Below, piece after piece: positions 28,275 through 39,700 of a stretch of 64,000 nucleotides of DNA. The notes beneath the pieces were generated by a model. It worked only from the letters and a program-made list of their open reading frames with translations, was not told the DNA's origin and searched no databases. The DNA is taken from NCBI RefSeq assembly GCF_009914755.1, contig NC_060929.1. One strand, written 5' to 3'. Numbering within the stretch: the first letter of the stretch is position 1; each line of letters begins with the position of its first letter. Made by a program: the position numbers and the translations under genes. This DNA comes from the human T2T-CHM13v2.0 reference genome, Homo sapiens.

Positions 28275-29099
28275 TGATTTTTAGCTATGCCAGGCCTTGT
28301 AGCCTGTGATTAAAGAGTCTTTCAGGAAAATCACAGAATTTCCATCAGCCTTTGATTGTTCCTTTTTCTGAGAATGTAAAACAAAACTATGAGTATATGT
28401 TCTTTCTTCTCTAGTACAGTTGGAAGCAGTGAGCCTCCCATTATATCCTGTTTGCATTCTTCTTTCTCACCCGAATGTTTCATTGCAACAGCCACTTGTT
28501 CCAATAAAAATTTAGTATCATTTCATATTAAATGACCACAGACAAAAATTAATTGTTTTGCCATGGTACAGCATGGACCATAAATTTCTTATTTCATGTT
28601 CATGCATTTCTTTCCAGGTAAGATAACCTGTCCCATATCCCCATTTCTTGTAGAGTTCTGTGACCTATACACACTTTCCTGTTACTTAGAAGTGCATTAT
28701 TTCAGATACAGATACTACATGGTTTAATCAAAAAGAGAACTTTTTACCCTTCTTCAAGAATGGTTGGAAGAACTAAAGAAATAGACCATAGACTAAACTG
28801 CTATGACCAACAAACTGTAGAATCAAAAATTCCACTGCTTCTGTGTCTCCAGAATCATGCTGTCTCTGCTGTGTCCTGGGTTGAAACAAGAGTCTAGCCC
28901 TGCCTTTTCCTCGTTTCACTCAGTTTTGAATCCACGTCTCACAGGAGCATATCTTATTATCAAAATCTTGTTCATTGCTAAGACCCTCACTGCAAGAGAT
29001 GAGGGAAATACAGCATTAAGTTTCCAGCCTTTGTAGTACCAGAAAACATCCAAGAAGGGAGCTGGAACTAATGATGAGCAAGTTGACCTGCTGTGTCTA

Positions 29100-29640
29100 C
29101 CAGTCTCATCATTGGGACTTTTATAATTTATCCCTTAGATTGTTTTAATAGCCTCTTAGTTGTTCTTCCTGCTAAGCTCTCTTTCCACATATCCATCTCC
29201 CAGCAGAACACATCCTTGCCACTAATGACGGCCTTTCCTACTTCGTTCTGTGCATCCCAGGTATGCACTCTTTACACAGTTACTAGTAATTGACCAAGCT
29301 TAATTTGTATTTTTCTACTTCCTTTACCTCATTCATATTATTCCCTTTGCCTAAATGTTTCTTTCTTTTCTTAAGTCCTATCTATACTTTAAAATTCAGT
29401 CAAGTGTCATTTATTACAGAAAGCCTTTCCAAACTTCCATCTGCTCTGGATGTGCATGACAGTATAATGCCAATATGTTCCCTATTCATCAAGGCTTTAG
29501 TCGTCAGGTTCTTTCAAATAGAGTCTCAGATCCTCAAAGACAGCTATCACATCTTCTTAACTGTTGCTTGCCTGAAGTATAATATTATAAGTGGAGCTCA
29601 GTATCCAGGCACATTGTGAAGAAAATCAACAATTAGTGTA
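29100..29640 (+). mobile_element. L2 3' fragment
   Basis: ttagattgttttaatagcctcttagttgttcttcctgc..aaagcctttcc..caggcacattgt. Confidence 0.55.
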
Positions 29641-30377
29641 GAAATCTTAACAGTATTTTGCAAGGCTCATAAATTTGATTAGATTTTTGAGCTACTTATA
29701 AGCTGGAATTTGATAGCCTGTCTTTCACATTTACTATGGTCTCAGTAAATGTCAGTGGGGATGAAAAAACTTTACTTATTTGGGCCAGAAAGATTTATAC
29801 CAAAAAATTATTCTCCATTCAAGTAAGGATCCCAATATTTTTGAGAAAATTCATGAATGTTATGTCTCAGAAATTAGGGCATAATTTTAGTGTCACTGAT
29901 TGGGCATAACTGTCTCAAAGAAACTTCCAAAATGGACACATTGTAAGGGGGGGGAACCTATAAATTTAACAAACTGTATTAGAATTAAATTCTCACATGG
30001 ACAACTTTTTCTACAGAATTAGATGTTTTTTTTTTCTTTAAACCGGTTCTAACCTAACAAAGAAGTTTGCCTTACTAAATATACACTTAAACCATATTTC
30101 TTAAAACTTTTCCAGGAAAAATACACCTCTGTGATATGGCACACATAATCTGAAAAAGAATACTGTCCTCTATATACAAAGACCACACCACTGACCAGAG
30201 ATCAGTAGCCCGTGTACTTTTCCAAAAACAGATAATAAACATCAAATTGTAAATCTAAGCTATACCAAACTTAGTTCTGAAGTTTCCAAAAACAGCATGC
30301 ATTTGCAAAATGTCCAGCCAAAATTAGAGGCTTATCTCTGACTTGGAAATAGAGCAAAGGTAGGTTCTAACCAAGTT

Positions 30378-30735
30378 GTTTATCAACTTATATTTAAGGG
30401 AACATTGATAACATTTTAAATGCATTCCTTGAAAAGTGGCTGTGTGGCAAATAAGTTTTGGAAATACTAGGTTAAACAAATTTGAATAAGCTTGTTTTCG
30501 TTTTGTGTGATGTTTAGTTTTTACAACAAGACTTCTGAGTCTTGATATGGTGATAAGAATTTCTATGATTCTCCAAGAAAGCATTTGACTATGGAATGTC
30601 CCCAAACTTAAATTTATCCAACCACAGAATTGTCCTCTCCCTCCAAATATGCAAACATTTTTCTTCTTTTCAGATTACTGGTTTACATTTTTCAGAAAAA
30701 ACAACTCTAAGAGCTCAGTTAGGAAAACATTATTC
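30378..30735. mobile_element. hAT-Charlie-like non-autonomous element
   Basis: aaataagttttggaaatactaggttaaacaaa..cccaaacttaaatttat..cagttaggaaaacatt, a motif set typical of old MER/Charlie elements. Confidence 0.5.
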
Positions 30736-31159
30736 TAATAAAAAGAACTGAGTTACCAGGAAATCTTAACAGCTTTATAAAGACAATTCAAAACTCTAAA
30801 TTGAAACTTCTAAATCAGAAAAAAATTCTACAAAAATTTAAATAATTTTAAAAATCAGTAATAAAAATATAACTGTTGAGTCCCTTCACTGCAGGGAGAA
30901 CAATAGCTGGTTTGCAGGATGGCTAGGTTTTGTTTTGTTTTCCATCTACAGCGTAATTAAATATAAATTATTAATTAATATTGCCAGAAATGAAATCTCC
31001 CCTTAGAACTCATTCGTATATTCAGTAGCTAGCTCTAGCTGGAATATCTCCCTTGAATCTAAACCATTCAGATTTGCTCCTGGTAAGACAACCTCTGAGA
31101 GATGCACTAAATTCACTTTCAAGTCTCAAATTCTATTACTTAATCTATTAGTGAAACAG

Positions 31160-31534
31160 TATATTAGTCCATTTTCAGACTGCTATAGAGAACTGGCTGA
31201 GACTGGGTAATGTATAAAGGAAAGCAGTTTAGTTGACTCACAGTTCAGCATGGCTGAACTTACAATCATGGCAGAAGGCAAAGGGGAAGCAAGGCACCTT
31301 CTTCACAGGGCAGCAGAAAGGAGAAGTGCCAAGCAAAAGGGGGAAGAGCCCCTTATAAAAACATCAGATCTCGTGAGAACTTACTCACTATCACGAAAAC
31401 AGCATGGGGGAAACCACTCCCATGATTCAATTACCTTCACCTGGTCTCTTCCTTGACACATGAGGTTTATGGGGGTTATGGGGATTACAATTCAAAATGA
31501 GACTTGGGTGGGGACACAAAGCCTAACCGTATCA
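31160..31534 (-). mobile_element. THE1D-like MaLR solo LTR
   Basis: tattagtccattttc..gactcacagttcagcatggctg..atcagatctcgtgagaac..gggacacaaagcctaaccgtatca. 5-bp TSD aacag/atcag. Confidence 0.9.
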
Positions 31535-31604
31535 ATCAGTGTACAATTAAATGACATGTTCTGAGCCATAATTGGTACCTGTCTCTGCCTCTTATACTTC
31601 TGAC

Positions 31605-32250
31605 TAATTTTTATTAAGATACAATTCATAAAAGATAAAGACACCATTTAATGTGTACAATTCGGTGGGTTTTAGTATATTTACCATGTTGTGCAATCAT
31701 CACTATCTAATTCCAGAACATTTCCATGACCCTTCCAGAAAAACTTTGTACCTATTAGCAGTCACTCCTAATGCCTCCATCTGCTCATAACCACTAATCT
31801 ACTTTTTCTCTTTATGTATTTGCCTATTCTGGGCATTTCATATGAATGCAATCATATAATGTGTGGCGTTTTGTGCCTGACTTCTTTCACTTAGCATAAC
31901 TTTCTCAAAGTTCATCCACATCATAGCATGAATCAGTACTTCTTTTGTATTTTTGAATAATATTTCATTGTATGAACTACAACATTTTATTTATGTATGA
32001 ATGCATTCAGGGGCATTTAGAGTGATTCTACTTTGGGGGCTATTATGAATGATGTGCAATTTTTATGTGAACATGTTTTTAATCATTTTGAGTATATACC
32101 TAAGAGTGGAATTGCTACATTATATAACTGTGTTTAACTTTTTGAGGAACTGCCAAAATGCTTTTCATAGAGGCAGCCCCATTATAGATTCCTATCAATA
32201 ATATATGAGGGTTCCAATTTCTCCATGTTGTCACCAACATTTGCTATTTA
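31605..32250 (-). mobile_element. L1MB 3' end
   Basis: tgtgtacaattcggtgggttttagtatatt..gttgtgcaatcatcac..cctattagcagtcactcc..tttttgaggaactgccaaa. Confidence 0.85.
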
Positions 32251-32251
32251 A

Positions 32252-32443
32252 CCCCTAACATAAAGAACTCTTAAAACTGAGCAAGAGATAATAAGCAAAT
32301 AACCTAATTAGAAAATGGGCAAAGCAATTAAATAGACAATTCTGCAAATAAGATATACAAATGGCTAACATGCATATGAAAAAAATGCTCCAACATTATT
32401 AGTATTTAGGGAAATGCAAATCAAAGCCATAAAATCCCACTTC
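32252..32443 (+). mobile_element. Inverted upstream segment of the same L1MB
   Basis: taaagaactc..aaaatgggcaaag..aaatggctaa..gggaaatgcaaatcaaa..ccacttc in the opposite orientation, directly abutting the 3' piece. Confidence 0.75.
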
Positions 32444-34974
32444 TAGTTCTTTTGAACTTGAATAGAACAATATCCTGTAAATTTATCTCAATTTTGTGTT
32501 AGGAAATTCATAGCACCAGGGCAACTAACTTTATCACGTATCAAAACCCTGGTAATCTTTGTTCTTATGTAAGTTTTTCATTAAGTGTTATTTTATAGAC
32601 ATAGGCATTCATACTCAACTTGCCATTTCACTATTAGCCCTGTTTCTCTTTTTATACAGATTTCCACTTCATGTAGTTTGGAAACATTATCAGAGATAGA
32701 GTCTATATTGTCCCCTATGTTTTTCTAGTATCTGTGATAACCTTTTGCCATCCAGAAGGGATTAATTTTCCATTTTCAAGAGAAGAGTTTGTCTCTCAAA
32801 CAGTATTTGACTATGTGCTCCTTATGGACTATTGCTAACACCTCTTTCCTATCATTCCCCAGCCTCTTACCATTCCATAGCTTAATCTTTGGTCCAAGAA
32901 TTTTTCTTTCTTAAATGGGTCATACTTCCTTTCAAAGACCATGTGAGAGCCTCAATGTTAAAACACAGTTAAACATAACAATATCACATTAAATGGAGCT
33001 ATAAAGGTCATATTTCAGAGCATATCAGATAAGACATTAACATTTTGTGCCTAAAATGTGTAAAAATAACATCATCTTTGCAGTTATGTATGTGTTTGAG
33101 AAGTGTTTCTAATGTATTCGCAACACTCAGACACAGACATACACATGTTCTTAGTGAAATACCGAGAGAAAAACCTTTCTAATAGAAAGGAGTGGCCTAT
33201 TTAATCTTCTCTTTATGTTCTATCTTTGGGACTACAGAATTTTGAAGGTAAAGGTTTCGTTTAAAAGATAATGGAAAGTATCTCTAAGAATCACTCCATG
33301 TGAATGTTAAATCCTTTTCTTCATGACAAGGCATAAGATCATTTTAAAATATAAGCTTGTGCTCATTTTTGCATGCTAGTAAGAAAAATAGGTATAGCCA
33401 TGTAATTGCTTTAAAATAGGTCATTAAAAGTGAGAAATATCTTTGCACAGCATTTTTTATTTTATAAAACTGCTCTATTTCCCAATCTAGATGAGTATGC
33501 TCAAGCATGCAGATAGATGTTTGAGAATAAATTTCAGAGACCATATTGGCAATACTGATTTTAGAAACATATGTCTCCTACTGGAATTTTGATGAATGTC
33601 TTCAATGTATATTTATGCATATTAATAGCATTTAAATTCCTCCTTCATTGCATTTCAAATATTGAGCTTTAAAGCTGGCCAAAAACATTTTATTAAAGAT
33701 GATGTTTTTCACTTTATTGCCGGGCATACACTTGCTTATTCCTCATTCTAGGTGGATATACCTATGCTAAAGAGAATAATGTACCTTCATACTTCCAAAC
33801 ACTAATAACTTTAATATGATTAAAAAGCATTTTCTCTATCTCACTTCCAGTTTGTTTCCTTTAACAGTCATCTGCATTACATAATCTGTTTTGTTTCAGT
33901 GGTAGGATCTTTTCCTTTTTCTCAGATAATCATTTCGGAAGGTAGAACCTAAGCCTTTTTAGAAACCAAGGTGTCTCTTGTGAGGTAACCTTTGGTTTGT
34001 AAGCCATTCTCAAGCCACCAAACAGACAATCAATAGTAGTATTACATACTCAAGACTGGTACCCATGACTTGAACATTTGAAGGACTCTTAAAGCAAGGT
34101 TGACTTATTTCTTTAGTAAGAGGCTAAATGTTCTTTTTTATTATTTGACTTCAATATGTGATCCTCTATCAGGTATGCTGCTTGTTGATGATTTATATTT
34201 AAAAGGCCATGCTAAGTATTTTTTAGATATTTTTTCATCTACCCTCACTGCTAACGCATTTGAAAACTCAATTGTTTTTCCTCTATTACTGATTTTTGTC
34301 ACATCCCCTGTGACAAATGTGGGTTCTTGTCTCTTGACTCCAAATGCACATATCAGCATATTTCTGTTTCATTTGCTCTTTCATTCAGAAGAGAGCTGAA
34401 AACTGATGGTAAAATGTGCAGTAGAATCCCAGAACTGTCCATAAAGAGTCAATGCCTCCTGAGCATAATCCACATGTATTCCACCCATTCTCCTTGTCAT
34501 CAAGCCTGGCCATTCCCTGTATCTCCAGAGCTATAGCACAACTTCCATACCTTGATCTTTCTCAAGGGCCTCTGGGGTACAGGAGAAGAAGAAATTATAA
34601 GAGAATGGACCTAGTGGCATGGTACCATTATGGGAGCTGTCTGCAAAAATCTTCCCCAAATCTCTTTCACTATTTTTTTCAATATCTTTAATTAGATTTT
34701 TCCAACTGTTTGAAAATGGGAACTGAATTGCTAACCATGTAACACTATATCAATAGAGATATCTGCTGGATCCAGATATCATAGCTTCATGGGAACAGCG
34801 CTTTTTCCATCCCTTCTTAACTCATATTTTAAAAGTAGTCATTTTTCAAATACATTTTTTTAAAAAATTAGGTAAAAGAATATGGAAATCGGCATAAAAA
34901 ATAACAGCAAAAGCATCAAAATGAACAAATAAACACACATTTTATGTACTAAGTCAATTATAATTTCTCACATT

Positions 34975-35170
34975 TATTGAACTCTCATTATGTATAAGGC
35001 AATGTCTTGAATGTTTGTCATAGATAATCTTGTTCAGTCCTTACAGCAAGCTAATGAGGTAAGTAATATTATCATTCCCATTTCACCAACTAGAAAACCG
35101 ATAATGAGTACATTGCCCAGGATCGCACTGCTAATAAGAAGTGGTACTGTGGTTAAGATTAAAATCTTGC
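34975..35170 (-). mobile_element. MIR
   Basis: tccttacagcaagctaatgaggtaagtaatattatcattcccattt..ttgcccaggatcgcac. Confidence 0.7.
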
Positions 35171-36388
35171 AAATTGGCACAGCTTGAAGACAACAGACAC
35201 TGTGCTGCTTAGATCAGCGCTGTCTAGAGAAACTAGACTCTAGGTCACTGCTTTAACCTGTTGAACAATTAATCTTCTCTGAAGGACATAATCTAAATAA
35301 TGAACTTTAGTTTATACTACATTTTACATAATATCTATTCCCTTTATCACAAAATATTTGTGGTAACACTGAATGAAATAATGTGAAATGTAAAAGACAA
35401 AATATGGAATATAATGTGAAATATAAAGATAAAATTAAAGTATTATTAAACTAATGACTTTAGTAGATCTGATGAATAGGATGATGGCTTCTTTCTAGGT
35501 CGAAACTGGAAACCTTTATTTCTCTTGTGATACAGCATTTGAAAATACAAGAAGATTTATGCCTTCACAGAGCCTTCTGCATGCTTGACAGTATCTACTG
35601 CAGTCATGAAAACTACAGATGTTCTAGTTCCTGCAGAAAGACTTAGAGATTTTGGTGGGCATCTCTTAATCTAGGGGTTGTTTTGTCTTGAAATTTGCAG
35701 GAGACCTTGGATCCTAGTAGTAATAACACATGTGATTTCAAAGGCTATGGATTCCTTTGCAGGGCATGGAGAGGCAACAAAAACAATCATCCATTTGTGC
35801 CAAACATTACATTGTATTATATATGCATACATACATTTCATCCTCATAAAAACCCTTGGTGGTAGATTTGGATAGTCAAAAAGCATAGGCAAGTTCATGG
35901 GCAACAAATGAAAGAAGGACAATTCTTCCTATTAGTAACAGGTGATATTTGTGCAGTAGACGATGGAGAAAGACAATCTCTGTAAGACACAGTTAATAGA
36001 TAATATATGTATATGATGAACTTCAGCTGTAAAAATTGATTATCTAAAAATAGTAACACCAGTGACAGTCATTCTTCAACAGAACAGAAGTTCTGTTGGG
36101 ACAAGGAGAGTTGGTAGAAACATAGAGGTCCATGCTAATCTGGTTGATTACAGAGGAGGAGCTCCTCCCAGAATTGAACAAAAGGAATTCTTGAGGCAAT
36201 AGCTTAGTGTTTTAACTAAATTCTGGCTTTAGTAGATCTGGTAAATAGAATGATGTCTTCTTTATTCTAGAAGAATGCAAATTTTATACTAGAAATCTAC
36301 TATATACAATTAGTATAACTTAGGCATTTGTGCTAAGTTAATTGCATAAGAACTTTGATATGGTTATCTTTCCTAAAATCATGAGTTA

Positions 36389-36488
36389 AAAGAACCCTCC
36401 ATATATTTTGTTATAGATAAGTATCTGGATTATATATAAAGGAACCCTCCAGATACTTCGTTATAGATAAATATCTGGATTATACATA
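36389..36488. repeat. Tandem duplication, 2 x 50 bp
   Basis: Copies 36389-36438 and 36439-36488 match at 44 of 50 positions by manual alignment. Confidence 0.9.
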
Positions 36489-38754
36489 CCTATGTTACAA
36501 CTGCAAGAAAAATAAATGAGATAAACTTAGTCATACAACTTTTGGGGCCACCTTGGCTTAAGAAGACACCACTGAGATGGTGCATGCTAGAAATACTTTG
36601 TTATGATGGGCAGACATGGGCAGAAAAGACTGTGTCTCTGTGAGTGGCATTTCTTGATGCTCCCTTCGTAATGCTGGGGCCTCAAGTGGGCTGGGGTGGG
36701 AAATTGATCCATCCACAGAGGCTGCATATGAACTGGAATACCATGTATTGGAGTCTTTTTCCATCTCTCTACAGAAAGTACTTTGGAAGCAGCTTATGCT
36801 GAGATCCATCCTGTGTATAGGTTAACACAGAAAAATTAGGCAAACAGGCTAAGTTTAATGTCCCTTGATATGCGGAGGCAAAACACAAGTTAAGGACAAA
36901 TACAGTATGTTTGGCTGGACCTAAAGAAAGGATCAGTAAATCTGAGTCCCAATGGCAGACAGATCACTGCTTATTAGATGACCTTCATACCAAGCTGCTT
37001 TGAAGCCCCTCCAATTCTGGAGGCATCCTATGCCAGGCCTGTCACCCTGAGGAGAAACTTCATCTGCACTGTTGCTATCACCAAGGAATGCAAGGTCGAA
37101 AATAATTGCAATGGATTGTTTAGAATCAAGAAAGCTGACAGAAAGCCTGGTAGGAAAAAGATCTTAAGAAAGCTGTGACTCCTGATCATGCTTACCTAAG
37201 GAAGAAAACATATACATACATTGAGACATTTCAAATTAGATCAAAATCCCAGAGCAACTGAAGGAGACAGAAGATGCAAAACCTCCACAAAATCTTTTGC
37301 ATCAGAGCAAGTCTCAAAGTAATGAAACCCAGAGGGGCAGCAGTGCATAGTGGCTGATGGATGACAATTCAGCACTCTCTGAAGCTTTTCTCCACAACAA
37401 GCACCAGTCCCCAAAATGCCTAGTAGGTCTAGTGCTGAGTTAAATTCGGCACCAAGGAAAGAAAAAATATTAACAATGTTAAAATGTCAGGAAACAAATG
37501 TGAAAAGTGTGTAGAAAGACATATTAACCTGTCAACCATATAATCTCTGAATTGTACCATTGTGATTTGTTTTTATTATCTGCAATTTATAAATTATCTA
37601 CAATGTTACTGAAATAAGAAAAAATAGTAAAAATATTATTTTTTAAATCTCTTTTCATTGGGGTCATTTCTCATGCCATCATTTTTATAATTTGTTTTCA
37701 CTTTCTATTATTACCTATTGTTCCCATTGTTAGATATTAAATGAGTTCTTATTATGCATATTTGTCTGGCATTGTCTGATTACTGGCATTAGATAGTCCT
37801 TTAAATACTGGGATAAAGCTTGATCTAATATTATCTAATTTGGTAATTTAGTAATATAACTCTTCTATATCTGTATCCTCATCTGTAAAGTGTAATATTT
37901 AGGGTTACTAAAAATTATATAATTAGTGCATATAATATGGCTATGTATAGGAGGACTTAATTCATGGTAGTTATTATTTTTCAATTTATTCAAAACTTAT
38001 TTTCATTACATCATGAGCAAGAATATTAAACTCTTCTATGGCTCCAAGTGGCATTAACTAGTTACTCATCTCAGTTGAAACTGCACTTTAAGTAACTCCT
38101 AAAATATGTTGCTCAAAGAAATTGATTGCATACCTCTTACGTATATGCAGCTGAAATTGGTGATGTGTGGAAGGATAATTAGCTAAACAATTCCAAGCAG
38201 GAAAGAGGTGATTGTCTAAAATGTTTCACAGGTACACACTGACATTAGAAGTAGGAATAGTTTTCCTAGAGGTGGCTGAAGCAGGAAGTGGAGAAGAGAG
38301 CAGATGGGAGCTAGAAGGGAGATGGTCAAGACTGCTGATGCTGCCTAACCAGAATGAGTGAGAGAACATGAGAATAAGGAGTCAACCACTGGTCTCTGCA
38401 CTGTTAGAGAGCTGACTCAGAAAACAGCATACTGTAGAAGAAATAACCTTGTAGAAGGAGTCAAAGGTCTAATCTTTAGAGCCAATGCTACAATTTATGA
38501 GTTTTCAAATCCTTAGCAAATCTCAAACTTCCAGATTGTCAGTGTTATTATCTTTATAAATAAGAACAATTACCAAACTTACTGTGAAAATAAAGATATG
38601 TTTATAAAATTGCATCTTAAAATATTATTTAGATGTAATTTATTATTACTTATATTGACAGCCTTCTCCTTTTGACTGAGGCATCACAGGTGCTGTGCTA
38701 GAAGACCGACAGGAATACAAGAAGACCAAAGTTATATTGCATTTGCCAGGGATG

Positions 38755-39700
38755 TTCACACATTCATTAACTAAGCAAATACTTATTAAGTACCAACTGG
38801 GTGGCAGACACTCTCCAAGCATGGAGGCTACAGTGATAAATAAAGCAGAGAGGATACAATCCCTCAAGGTTACAAACTATATTACAATAAGTTCTATGAG
38901 GGAGATTGTAAGGCTGTGTGAGATGCGGAGAGGATCTGACCAGGTAATTCTCAAGGAAAGGATATTTGACATGACAGCTAAATGATGAAGAGAGATAAAC
39001 CAGATAAAGAGAGGGAGAAAGAATCTTCTAATAGGGAAGAATGCACAAATGCCCCAAAACCAAAGGGAGCTTGTATACTGGGGGAACTGAAAATAGCTCA
39101 GTAAGGCCAAAAGTGGGAGGCAAACAGAGTGAGTTAAGGTTCAGATGTAGTCCAGGTTCAGTCTGTGCAGGCCATTACTGGCCACTCTGAGGGTTTTGGT
39201 CTTGTGGCAGGAGGCAATATCCATGTCTTCATTGTGACAAGAGTGGTGGCAGAGATGTATGAATGAAAGAGACATACTGAAAATCAACAGGATTTTCTAA
39301 GGTAGCCAAATCAATAGGATTTCCTAACATTAGAGGTGTGTCAGTGTTAAGAGTGAAAGAATAATAGGTGTTTTGTAGGTTTATGGCTTGTGTATTCTGA
39401 TGGATAATAGTCCACTTATTGGGAGACAGGTTTGGGAGAAACACTATGAGTTCAATTTTAGCCTGATGAGTCCAAAGTTATTCTGTGATATCAGATGAAA
39501 CATGCCAAATAGGTATATGTAATTTCAGCTCTGGCATTCAGAAGAGGTCTGGGCTGAAGTAATGTGATCTTCATTGAAGGGTATAGGGGCTTAAAGCCAT
39601 GAACATGTAGATGGGATTGTACAGGATAAGAAATGCAATTAGAAAAGAACATGTACACAAGCCTAAGATAAAACTTTGACAGCTGTGGTGAGATATATGG
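38755..39700 (-). mobile_element. L2 (L2a-like) 3' region
   Basis: cattcattaactaagcaaatacttattaagtacc..cagacact..; gagttcaattttag..; tcagaagaggtctgggctg. Confidence 0.75.

Noticed and set aside
36389-36488. CRISPR-like direct repeats
   Set aside because: Eukaryotic DNA with two adjacent copies, no spacer and no cas genes. It is a simple tandem duplication.
33840-37200. Several acceptor- and donor-like sites suggesting lncRNA or coding exons
   Set aside because: No consistent exon chain or recognisable peptide. Such sites are expected by chance without transcript data.
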